Origin: Clostridia bacterium
GTDB lineage: Bacteria > Bacillota > Clostridia > Christensenellales > CAG-138
Length of the DNA: 64,000 bases
Assembly: GCA_017541305.1 (NCBI GenBank)
Contig: JAFXZJ010000033.1
Coordinates: 25,978 to 89,977, forward strand
Reading direction: 5' to 3'
Position 1 is the first letter of the stretch. Each line of letters begins with the position of its first letter. The notes below the pieces were generated by a model. It worked only from the letters and a program-made list of their open reading frames with translations, ran no database searches and was not told where the DNA came from. This document shows positions 22,248 through 33,159 of this stretch, piece after piece. The position numbers and the translations under genes are program-made.

Positions 22248-22546
22248 CAGTCTTCACCTCCAAAGGTAATTTTGCGGACCATATTGCCGATCTCGAGCAC
22301 CTCGGGTACGAAGAAGCCGAAGTTGTGCTCGAAATAGGGGTTGACTTTGACGACCTCGCCCTTGGTATGTCGGCCCGTCCTGGTAACTACCTCGGCAGTA
22401 TCGCCGATCTCGGCGTCCTCAAGAAGCCAGCCCTTGACCCACATCTCGAGGGGATTGACCTTTGTATCGTCGGGAAGGGCGGAGGAGCGCTCCTCGGGAG
22501 GGAGCACGATGTTATGGATCTGGACCCAATCGCCTTTTTTTGCCAT
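22247..22546 (-). CDS. ortA: 2-amino-4-ketopentanoate thiolase, alpha subunit
   Basis: 99 aa. Immediately upstream of and overlapping ortB. Confidence 0.8.
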   Translation of the reverse strand: MAKKGDWVQIHNIVLPPEERSSALPDDTKVNPLEMWVKGWLLEDAEIGDTAEVVTRTGRHTKGEVVKVNPYFEHNFGFFVPEVLEIGNMVRKITFGGED

Positions 22547-22603
22547 ATAATACCTCCAAAAAATGTACTTAAGGAAGCCCGTTTTCAGGGCTTCCCATGC
22601 GGT

Positions 22604-23650
22604 TTACTTTTCTATATAGTCACGGAAGTCGCCCATGATGGCATGGGGAACGGGAAGATCGATCATGGTCTTAAGACCGGGCTTTGCGTTGATGACGTGG
22701 GGGATCATGTTAACGCACATGGCTATGGTGCCAAGGCCTCCTTCGACCTCGGGCATATTGGAAACGTGGATGGCGGGAGTGCCCTCGATCACGACGTAAT
22801 CGCCGGTGTGGGTGCCTTCCATTTCAGGCTCGATCTGCTGGGGATGGATGAGATCGATCTTCATTTTGCCGTCGACGTAAGCCTGAGCGGTCATATTAAC
22901 GCCGGCTACGTTGCCTGCGGCGGCAAAGCCGTAGGGAGCCTGACGGTCGACCTTGGTGACGATGGGAGCCATCTGCTTCTCGAACTTTTCTATCTTCCAG
23001 CCGAGAGCTTCGGCGATCATGCCTGCGCTCTCCTCAAAGCCAACGTGGCCTGCCAGAGTGCCGTCCTCAACGCCCTTGTTGAACTCTTCGACGGTGATGC
23101 CGATGCCCTGCTCCTTCATAACGGCGGGGCCGAAGGGGGAGAGGGAGTTGACACGCTTGCACATGACGGATTCGACGTCGATCATGCAGCCGGAAAGGCA
23201 GATCGCAAGAAGGTCCATCATAAGACCGGGATTGATGCCGGTGCCGAGAACGGATACGCCGTTCTCCTTGGCGATGCGGTCAAGCTCGGCAGCCAGCTCG
23301 GGATGCTGAGCCTTGGGATAAGCCATTTCCTCGGCGGTGGTGACAACGTTGATGCCGTTCTCAAGGACGAACTTGAGTTTGGGGAATACGGCGGGAACGA
23401 AGGAATCGGTGGCAACGATAGCTACATCGGCAGCGCCCTTATAGATGACGGTGTTGATATCGTTTGAAATAAGAACGTCCTTGCGGTCGCCCTTTTCGAT
23501 ACCGAGACGGTCGAATATGCTCATGCCGTTGAGCTTGTCCCACATATCGCATACGCCGGTGATCTCGACGCCCTTTTTGCCCAAGAGCATCCTTGCGATA
23601 CCGGAACCCATTGCGCCAAAGCCCCAAATGGCTACTCTAACATTTTCCAT
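22604..23650 (-). CDS. ord: 2,4-diaminopentanoate dehydrogenase
   Basis: Rossmann motif VAIWGFGAMGSG. ATG at 23650 follows GGAGGT; the ORF-track TTG at 23701 is an over-extension. First gene of the cluster. Confidence 0.8.
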   Translation of the reverse strand: MENVRVAIWGFGAMGSGIARMLLGKKGVEITGVCDMWDKLNGMSIFDRLGIEKGDRKDVLISNDINTVIYKGAADVAIVATDSFVPAVFPKLKFVLENGINVVTTAEEMAYPKAQHPELAAELDRIAKENGVSVLGTGINPGLMMDLLAICLSGCMIDVESVMCKRVNSLSPFGPAVMKEQGIGITVEEFNKGVEDGTLAGHVGFEESAGMIAEALGWKIEKFEKQMAPIVTKVDRQAPYGFAAAGNVAGVNMTAQAYVDGKMKIDLIHPQQIEPEMEGTHTGDYVVIEGTPAIHVSNMPEVEGGLGTIAMCVNMIPHVINAKPGLKTMIDLPVPHAIMGDFRDYIEK

Positions 23651-23707
23651 AATAACCTCCGTGTAAAATAATGCATGTTTAATTGATATGGTTTCCCACA
23701 AATACTG

Positions 23708-23736
23708 ATTATATCATATAAGAGGTATTCTCGTAA
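23708..23736 (-). promoter_or_regulatory. sigma-70-like promoter of the ornithine cluster
   Basis: Minus strand: TTACGA, 17-nt spacer, TATAAT with extended TG (TGATATAAT). Confidence 0.5.
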
Positions 23737-23818
23737 CCCCCTATTTCCCGTTATAAAGATTATATTTTTTACAAAGCGTTCGGGTCTTGAGAATGCTCGT
23801 TTTTGTTTTCAAAAACTG

Positions 23819-23846
23819 TTGCAAACGGCCTCGTATTCTGTATAAT
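23819..23846 (+). promoter_or_regulatory. sigma-70-like promoter of the dockerin-protease gene
   Basis: TTGCAA, 16-nt spacer, TATAAT. Confidence 0.5.
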
Positions 23847-23884
23847 ATAAATATCCAAATCGCTTTACGAAATAGGAGGCGCAA

Positions 23885-26284
23885 ATGAAAAGAAAGCTTT
23901 TTGCACTTGTACTCGCTTCGGTAATGCTCTTATCCGCGGTTCCCGCATTTCCCGCTTCAGCCGAGGTCGTTCCCGATGAATTGGGCAACGGCAGGCTGGT
24001 GCTGGATATGGATCCCGAAGGCGGCTATCAGGGCGATTACGTGCTTATCTACAATCCTTCGACAGGTTATTCGAACATGTCCACGGGCAACATGACGGGC
24101 CTGATCGAAACTTCGATCGACCCATATGCCAAGGGGGAGACCGCTGTATCCGATCCCGACGAGCTTTACAGGATCGACGTTGACGGCCTTATTGCCGCCA
24201 AGAACGCCGAAGCCGAGAAACCCGAGCCTCCCGCAGGCGAAAAGGCTTCTTACAACGTCGGCGATACAAAGAGCTTTTCCATCAGCAATTACAGCCCGGG
24301 TCCTTCCACGCTGACCTTCAAATGCGTTGCAAAGGGCGATCATTGCTACGTTTGGACTCCCGCACAGGATCTTACGAATTATTATGCCTTGGACGGGATC
24401 GATCCAACCTACCCTCAGCTTGCCTGCGATGAGTTCGAATCCAAATTCGAACAGATGCGCAGTTCCTTTGGCGAGCACGACAACGGTTCGCAGGGGGACG
24501 GGCGAGTCAACCTGATGTATTATAACATTGACGACGGCTTCCAGCCCGGATCCAGCACGGGATACGTTGCGGGTTATTTCAGCAGCATGGATTATTACAG
24601 CAACGGCCTGCCCATGATCCATATCGACACCTATCCCTGCGTTTATTACGTCAATACTCAGGGAGAGGAGATATACCGCCTGAGCAATTCTTTCAGCGTA
24701 TTCTGCCATGAATACCAGCATCTTATCAATTACTCAATAACCGGCGGTATGGATACCTGGCTCAACGAGGCGATGAGCGCTGCGGCGGAGGAGATATGCT
24801 ATCCGGGCTCGAGCGTCGTTTCGAGGATACAGAGCTGGGAGAACTACTACTATTCCGAAAATAACGATTGGCTCAATCCTCCTCACGAATTCGAATACAC
24901 CCCCGAATATGAACTGCATAACGGTTATTCTATGTACAGCTGGAGCAACAGCCTGTCATACGTGCTGCCGCTTTATTCTCAGGTGTGCTTATTCAGCCAA
25001 TACCTGTTCACGCATTACGGCAACGGGGTATTCAGGCAGATAACCGAGGCTTATTCCTCTGACGGCGCGGTTGGTGCGATAGGTTCCGTCACCGGCATGA
25101 ACACCTCGGAGCTCGTTAAGAATTTCAGGATCGCCGTTACCGCCAACGATCACGACTGCGAGGGCGGTCTGTACGGTTTCCTGCCGCAGGAAGGCTTCGA
25201 TCCCGAACAGTATCACGGCCTTGCTAACCCCTATCAGATACTCGGCCCCGTCGTTTATACGCATAACGTCTGCTCCTTAGAGGCCGGCGGCGCCATCACG
25301 GTCAAACCCATCGGCGGCTCGTACACGCCTCCCTCCGACGCGGCCTCCGGCCTTGTTTATATCGGTATCACAAGGAATATTGACACCGAGCCTATCGCGA
25401 TCGAGGGAATGACGCTCACTCCCGCACAAAGCGAGACCTACGTGGGTATGCAGACTTCCTTCCGCGTGGTAAGCGAGCCCGTCAACGCCAACGATTTTGA
25501 CGTGACGTGGACCATCTCCGATCCCGAAATTGCAAGCATCTCGGGCTCCGGCAGGACCGCTTACGCAACGGGACTTAACGCGGGCACAGCCGTTGTCACC
25601 GCAAACGCGGTCGACAGGACCACCGGCGCGTCCTTCACGGCGTCATCCGAACTGACGGTCAAAAGGATGCCCACGCTTGACGAAGCGCTTAACGTGCAGA
25701 ACGGCACGCTGACGTTCACGACGTCCGAAACAACTTATCCGTGGGCAGTCGATACCGATTATAACGGAAGGATCTGCGCCAATTCTACCAATGCAAAGGT
25801 TTCGGATTCTTCGTCTACCGTCCAGACAACTGTAAGGATGCAGGCGGGGGAGACGTTCACTTTCGATTGGTCCGTCAGCAGTGAAAGCAACTATGATAAG
25901 CTCACTTTCTATGCCAATAACGTTGAGGTCGCGAATATTTCGGGCGAAGTGAGCTTTACCACCTACACCTATACCGCTTCATCGGCGGGCAGCTTCACGT
26001 TCAAGTGGACTTATAAGAAGGATTATTCCGTCAACAGCGGCAGGGATACGGCCTGGCTGGACAACGTTTGTTACAGCGGAGATCCTGGACTTGATATCCT
26101 TATGGGCGACGTCAATTTCGATGGTGAGGTCAATTCCGAGGACGCCCTTCTGACGCTTCGCGCGGCGCTTGGCATAATCGAATTCACCGATGAACAGATG
26201 CTCAGAGGCGATATGAACGGCGACGGCGAGGTGCGTTCCGACGATGCGCTGATAATACTAAGGATATCGCTCGGAATACTGTAA
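23885..26284 (+). CDS. secreted multidomain zinc metalloprotease (gluzincin-like) with Ig-like domain, beta-sandwich domain and C-terminal type I dockerin
   Basis: Signal peptide MKRKLFALVLASVMLLSAVPAFPASA. HEYQH followed 18 aa later by NEAMS, giving thermolysin-like HExxH...NEAxS spacing. Big_2-like segment (VTWTISDPEIASISGSGRTAYATGLNAGTAVVTA). Two dockerin calcium-binding repeats: GDVNFDGEVNSEDA and GDMNGDGEVRSDDA. Confidence 0.8.
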   Translation: MKRKLFALVLASVMLLSAVPAFPASAEVVPDELGNGRLVLDMDPEGGYQGDYVLIYNPSTGYSNMSTGNMTGLIETSIDPYAKGETAVSDPDELYRIDVDGLIAAKNAEAEKPEPPAGEKASYNVGDTKSFSISNYSPGPSTLTFKCVAKGDHCYVWTPAQDLTNYYALDGIDPTYPQLACDEFESKFEQMRSSFGEHDNGSQGDGRVNLMYYNIDDGFQPGSSTGYVAGYFSSMDYYSNGLPMIHIDTYPCVYYVNTQGEEIYRLSNSFSVFCHEYQHLINYSITGGMDTWLNEAMSAAAEEICYPGSSVVSRIQSWENYYYSENNDWLNPPHEFEYTPEYELHNGYSMYSWSNSLSYVLPLYSQVCLFSQYLFTHYGNGVFRQITEAYSSDGAVGAIGSVTGMNTSELVKNFRIAVTANDHDCEGGLYGFLPQEGFDPEQYHGLANPYQILGPVVYTHNVCSLEAGGAITVKPIGGSYTPPSDAASGLVYIGITRNIDTEPIAIEGMTLTPAQSETYVGMQTSFRVVSEPVNANDFDVTWTISDPEIASISGSGRTAYATGLNAGTAVVTANAVDRTTGASFTASSELTVKRMPTLDEALNVQNGTLTFTTSETTYPWAVDTDYNGRICANSTNAKVSDSSSTVQTTVRMQAGETFTFDWSVSSESNYDKLTFYANNVEVANISGEVSFTTYTYTASSAGSFTFKWTYKKDYSVNSGRDTAWLDNVCYSGDPGLDILMGDVNFDGEVNSEDALLTLRAALGIIEFTDEQMLRGDMNGDGEVRSDDALIILRISLGIL

Positions 26285-26294
26285 AGCGCAAATC

Positions 26295-26328
26295 AAAAGC
26301 CCCGCAGGTAATGATCTGCGGGGCTTTT
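26295..26328. terminator. bidirectional terminator
   Basis: AAAA-GCCCCGCAG/CTGCGGGGC-TTTT between convergent genes. Confidence 0.75.
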
Positions 26329-26340
26329 GTAATGTGCGGT

Positions 26341-26973
26341 TTATGCCCAAACGTCGGTGCTTTTGGGGATGCGGATGCCAAGCAGTATGCCCGAGAATTC
26401 CCACAGGAACCATTGCTGAGTCGAGGGCTTATAGCGAAGATCGAGGAAGCGCTCGGAATCCGCTCCGGAGGAGCGTATAAAGAGTCTGAGATAACCGTCG
26501 CCGAAATTATCCCTGCTGTGAGCAAACTCCTTCACGATGACGGTATAAGGCGTCGTGGGGGTATAATCGTTATCGGGCGAGGTGCCCTCGAAATAAGAAC
26601 GGGGCACGTAATCAACGCCGTCCATGAAGCGGTCGTTTATGAAATTCTTCTCCATTTGAGAGAGAGGACGGGGGCCTTTTAAGTAGTTGAGCATTGCGTA
26701 GCAGGCTTCCTCGTCCTTGGGAAACTCGCAGAGCGCAAGCACCGTAAGCGCAGCGGTATAATAAGGATCCTTAAGATCGGCGCCGGGAAGCGCTTTGAGC
26801 TGCTCGAGATTTTCGGGAAGACGATCGAAAACAACGGTCTTGGAGCCTTTGTTGTTTCTGGCGTTGTTCACGGCGGTCGTAATGCCCTGATTCACCGCCT
26901 GATTCACCTCTTTATGGACGTTGGTCTTTATGGTATGTTTAACGTTCCTTATCAGATTATCCAATATGCTCAT
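26341..26973 (-). CDS. hypothetical protein (210 aa)
   Basis: GGAGG 7 nt upstream of the ATG, plus its own near-consensus promoter. No motif I can assign. N-terminal N/V/T/K-rich helix-like segment. Confidence 0.75.
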   Translation of the reverse strand: MSILDNLIRNVKHTIKTNVHKEVNQAVNQGITTAVNNARNNKGSKTVVFDRLPENLEQLKALPGADLKDPYYTAALTVLALCEFPKDEEACYAMLNYLKGPRPLSQMEKNFINDRFMDGVDYVPRSYFEGTSPDNDYTPTTPYTVIVKEFAHSRDNFGDGYLRLFIRSSGADSERFLDLRYKPSTQQWFLWEFSGILLGIRIPKSTDVWA

Positions 26974-27003
26974 ATTTGTTCCTCCGATTCCGTATGATGG
27001 AAT

Positions 27004-27032
27004 ATTATATCATCTTTTAAGCGGCAAGTCAA
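27004..27032 (-). promoter_or_regulatory. near-consensus sigma-70 promoter
   Basis: Minus strand: TTGACT, 17-nt spacer, TATAAT. Confidence 0.55.
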
Positions 27033-27068
27033 ACCCGTTTAGCAGATATTGGTATAGATGAAATCAAT

Positions 27069-27908
27069 TCATGGATCCCCGGCGTTCCGTAAACCGCCCT
27101 GAAGCTCGCTCAGCCATTCGGGATCGTATTTTACATCGGCCTCATCATTCGCAGGCAGAAGACCGATATCCCCAAAAAGTGCCTGGCAGGCAGGGGAGAG
27201 CAGGTATTCGATAAACCCTTCAGCATAGCGGCGTTTTGTGCCGTCGATACTCCTTGTCATGCTTATAAACTGTATTCGACGAGCCTCATCCGCCAAAGGC
27301 ACGACTTCGAAATAAGGCGCCTTTCCAAGCAGCTGCGCGCGCATAAGATCTCCTGCGCCGCGAATATCGGTGATGCAGGAATGCGATTTTCCTTTCTTGA
27401 AATCTTCGAAGCTTCCGGCTTCGGCTTTCAATGAATCAATATCTTTATCGGCAGCGTAAGCGGGATCGTACACAAGCACCGAACCCGTACCGCAGTAAGG
27501 ACGCTTTGAACCGGACAAAAGGCTTTCTTCGATCCTGCCGTCGGCAAAACTTATAATATCGGGAAGCACGCCCGTTTTTATGCGCTCTTCGGCGTCCTGA
27601 GGCGAATATGAAACCACATCGAAATGAATGCCGATAAAGTTCGAAGCGTATTGCTTTGTCCGTGCGGACAGCCATGCGCCGAGACTGCCGGAATACGGCT
27701 TGAAATCGACTATATGCCATACCGTTATGACGCCCACGGAGGGTTCGCGTTCGTGCATCATCCATTCTTTGTACGGATCGCCGTTCAGCCTGTTTTCAAA
27801 ATACTTGGGCGAGAAAAACAAATAGACCCCTGCCAAAAGGAGCAGCAGTATCCCGACGCCCGCTCTTTTTAACGGAGATCTGTTTTTGAATTTGCCGTTT
27901 GCTTTCAT
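27069..27908 (-). CDS. membrane-anchored hypothetical protein, possibly solute-binding-protein-like
   Basis: N-terminal TM helix GVGILLLLLAGVYLFF. Segments ITVWH and GVLPDIISFA recall type-2 periplasmic-binding folds. No clear SD sequence. Lies 27 nt downstream of the recombinase gene. Confidence 0.6.
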   Translation of the reverse strand: MKANGKFKNRSPLKRAGVGILLLLLAGVYLFFSPKYFENRLNGDPYKEWMMHEREPSVGVITVWHIVDFKPYSGSLGAWLSARTKQYASNFIGIHFDVVSYSPQDAEERIKTGVLPDIISFADGRIEESLLSGSKRPYCGTGSVLVYDPAYAADKDIDSLKAEAGSFEDFKKGKSHSCITDIRGAGDLMRAQLLGKAPYFEVVPLADEARRIQFISMTRSIDGTKRRYAEGFIEYLLSPACQALFGDIGLLPANDEADVKYDPEWLSELQGGLRNAGDP

Positions 27909-27935
27909 ACGGAATAGTATGCACGCAAGCTCTGA

Positions 27936-29000
27936 TTATTCCTCGGGCTCCCTGTCATCACGCAGCTTTATCACCTCGGCAGCAAAGCGCCTGCGGTCCT
28001 CGCTCATCGCCGCGTAATGCTTTCTGGTCGTATTAACGTCCTTGTGTCCGAGCACGTCTGCAACAAGATAGATATCGCCCGTCTCGCGGTAAAGCATAGT
28101 GCCGTAAGTGCTGCGGAGTTTATGAGGGGAAATCTTTTTGAGAGGAGCGGCGATCTGAGCATATTTCTTTACCAGCACCTCCAAAGAACGCACGCTCATG
28201 CGCTTCTTCTGCATAGAGAGAAAGAGCGCCTTCTCGTGACCCTCGCAGGGGATGATGCTTTTGCGGTAGACCATGTATTCCGCAAGCGCACTGCGCACGT
28301 CGGAACCGAATACCAGCATTTCCTCGTTGCCGCCTTTGCGGGTGATCCTCACCTCGTTGGAATCGAAATTAAGGTCGTCCGTGTCGATGCCCACAAGCTC
28401 GCTTATACGCATGCCTGTGCCAAGGAATAATGTAATAATAGCTGTATCTCGTATCACGTTTTGGTTGTGATACTGTTTTTGCTTCTCGGAAAGCCCTTCG
28501 CCGCTTTCCACGGCTGAAAGAAGGCGCGATACTTCATCCGGCTCGAGACGGATTATGGGCTTTTCGTGAAGCTTGGGAGTATCGACAAGGGCGGGGGCGT
28601 TGTTTTTTATGCGCTCTTTTTTATACAAATACTTGAATAAAGCGCGTATCGCGGAAAGCTTTCGCGCTTTGGCCCGTTCGCCGTTCATCTTGAGCTCGGA
28701 AGCGTCGTCATCCTGATAAAGCGACACGTATTCGAGAAAGCATTCGATCGTTACGGAATCGATCTTTTCAAGCTCGGCGTATCCGATCTCGCGCATCGTT
28801 TTCAAACCGCTGCAGATATCCGTATCGAGCAGATAAGTAAAGAATGTTTTCAGATCGACCGCATAACCGTAGCGCGTCATTATGCCGGTGGTAAGCTCGA
28901 TACCGCGGAAGAAATCCGTGCAGCATTTGGGCAGCTCCGAAACGAGCTCACGCAGCTTAAAAGTGTATTTTTGGGTCTTTTCAACGGAATATTCGCTCAT
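27936..29000 (-). CDS. tyrosine site-specific recombinase, XerS/XerC-like (354 aa)
   Basis: Catalytic residues in GMRISEL (Arg), HKLRST (His-x-x-Arg) and LGHKDVNTTRKHY (His, Tyr). AAGGAGG 8 nt upstream of the ATG. Confidence 0.88.
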   Translation of the reverse strand: MSEYSVEKTQKYTFKLRELVSELPKCCTDFFRGIELTTGIMTRYGYAVDLKTFFTYLLDTDICSGLKTMREIGYAELEKIDSVTIECFLEYVSLYQDDDASELKMNGERAKARKLSAIRALFKYLYKKERIKNNAPALVDTPKLHEKPIIRLEPDEVSRLLSAVESGEGLSEKQKQYHNQNVIRDTAIITLFLGTGMRISELVGIDTDDLNFDSNEVRITRKGGNEEMLVFGSDVRSALAEYMVYRKSIIPCEGHEKALFLSMQKKRMSVRSLEVLVKKYAQIAAPLKKISPHKLRSTYGTMLYRETGDIYLVADVLGHKDVNTTRKHYAAMSEDRRRFAAEVIKLRDDREPEE

Positions 29001-29034
29001 AGGGGAAGCCTCCTTGATTTGACCATATTATAAC

Positions 29035-29072
29035 ACAACATTGCGTTAAAGACAAGTTTAACGCAATGTTGT
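29035..29072. repeat. perfect 16-bp inverted repeat with 6-bp asymmetric spacer
   Basis: ACAACATTGCGTTAAA-GACAAG-TTTAACGCAATGTTGT, read directly. On the minus strand it overlaps a TTGTCT-17-TGtTATAAT promoter of the recombinase gene. No U-tract follows it. Confidence 0.9.
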
Positions 29073-29093
29073 AAAGGCATTTTCTTAAATATA

Positions 29094-29573
29094 TTATGAA
29101 ACGGGCTCTTCCGGAGCGTTTTCGGCATCAAGCTGCTTTTTCAGCTTTTTGATCTCGGAGCGCGCAAGCTGATCGCAGCGATTGTTTAATTCGTTATCCG
29201 CGTGGCCTTTGACGTGATGCCATGTAACTTTATGCGTTCGCGTAAGCTTTAGCATCCGTTCCCAGAGATCCTTGTTCTCAACCGGTTTTTTATCGGATTT
29301 TTTCCAATCGTTCCTTAACCAATTGAATATCCATCCGTTACTGTACGTATTGCACAGATATGAGCTGTCCGTATAAAGCTCAACTTCACAAGGCTCACGC
29401 AGTGCTTCAAGCGCTTTGATCGCCGCAGTGATCTCCATACGGTTATTTGTGGTTTCAAGTTCGCCGCCGGAGATCTCTTTTTTTACGTTCTTGTAGATCA
29501 ACACGGCTGCCCAGCCGCCTATGCCGGGATTCACCGAGCATGCGCCGTCGGTGTAAACGGTTACCTTCTTCAT
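29094..29573 (-). CDS. rnhA: ribonuclease HI
   Basis: Catalytic residues in YTDGAC, NNRMEITA, YTDSSY and GHADNELNNRCDQLA. Confidence 0.9.
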   Translation of the reverse strand: MKKVTVYTDGACSVNPGIGGWAAVLIYKNVKKEISGGELETTNNRMEITAAIKALEALREPCEVELYTDSSYLCNTYSNGWIFNWLRNDWKKSDKKPVENKDLWERMLKLTRTHKVTWHHVKGHADNELNNRCDQLARSEIKKLKKQLDAENAPEEPVS

Positions 29574-30319
29574 GCTTCGATCGATTCGTCAACGGTGAAC
29601 AGCGGCAATCCGTCGGATACCTCCCAATCGCCGTAAACGCCGCAATGCGCCGCGCCGACTTCGATATGAAGCATCGCTATGCCCACGTCGATCTCCCCAT
29701 AACCAAAGTTTTTTGAAATATTTGCAACTTGAATCTGCCTATCGTTTAATATATCAAATTCCCATGGCTGCGCGTTCATCGCGGACGGCGCAAGCCTGCC
29801 GCAGTTTATAGCGCTCTGCTGCCAATCGGGCAGCTTTTTAAAAGCGTTGTCATCAAGCCCCGTGAGGTTAGATACGGTCTTCCTCATACGCTTCTTCGCA
29901 GGCGTTTCTTCAAAGTGGCCGATGGCGATCGCGCAGCGAACTTTTTCCTTATCGTTATTGAATTTTATGCAGGAATTAACTACCGATCTGTTATATCCCA
30001 TGCCAAGCCAGCAGGTTCCAAGGCCCATCGAAGCGCATTCGAGCGCGAACGATTCGCCCACCATGCCGACCATGTAATCAAGCTCTTTATGGCTGCATAT
30101 GATCGCGGCGAATGTATCCGTACCGGAGATCGATCGGCCTATCAGAGGGCTCAAAGCGCCCTCCTTTTTGCCTACGACGATCCTAACTTCATCGGTGCTG
30201 AAATATTTTGCGGCTTCCTTCAGTCTCTTGAGCTCTCTGCTGTCGGCACCCGAAACGTATTTCCTTATAGATACTCTGCTCTTGATGGCGCTGTACCATC
30301 TCTCCATTGTGTTGTCCAT
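29570..30319 (-). CDS. nitroreductase family protein
   Basis: N-terminal RVSIRKY motif typical of nitroreductase folds. 249 aa. Its stop overlaps the rnhA start by 4 nt. Confidence 0.8.
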   Translation of the reverse strand: MDNTMERWYSAIKSRVSIRKYVSGADSRELKRLKEAAKYFSTDEVRIVVGKKEGALSPLIGRSISGTDTFAAIICSHKELDYMVGMVGESFALECASMGLGTCWLGMGYNRSVVNSCIKFNNDKEKVRCAIAIGHFEETPAKKRMRKTVSNLTGLDDNAFKKLPDWQQSAINCGRLAPSAMNAQPWEFDILNDRQIQVANISKNFGYGEIDVGIAMLHIEVGAAHCGVYGDWEVSDGLPLFTVDESIEA

Positions 30320-30330
30320 ACTCTCCCCCG

Positions 30331-33155
<2,825 letters not shown>

Positions 33156-33159
<4 letters not shown>

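Noticed and set aside
23651-23707. Cobalamin riboswitch ahead of the B12-dependent ornithine aminomutase cluster
   Set aside because: The leader between the predicted -10 box and the ord start codon is only about 50 nt. That is far too short for a cobalamin riboswitch, and no B12-box-like sequence is visible.
26311-26682. Plus-strand 123-aa ORF overlapping the 210-aa minus-strand gene; also the 63397-63807 minus-strand ORF overlapping the VanW paralog
   Set aside because: The opposite-strand genes have proper SD sequences, promoters and longer frames. The VanW paralog also has paralog support. These ORFs lack start signals and start inside terminator or promoter sequence.
27936-29573. Recombinase plus RNase H as the remnant of an integrated mobile element
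   Set aside because: There are no flanking direct repeats, no excisionase, replication or phage genes, and rnhA is fused into the uvrBA operon. GC is only marginally lower by hand count. The recombinase is better explained as a Xer-type chromosomal enzyme.
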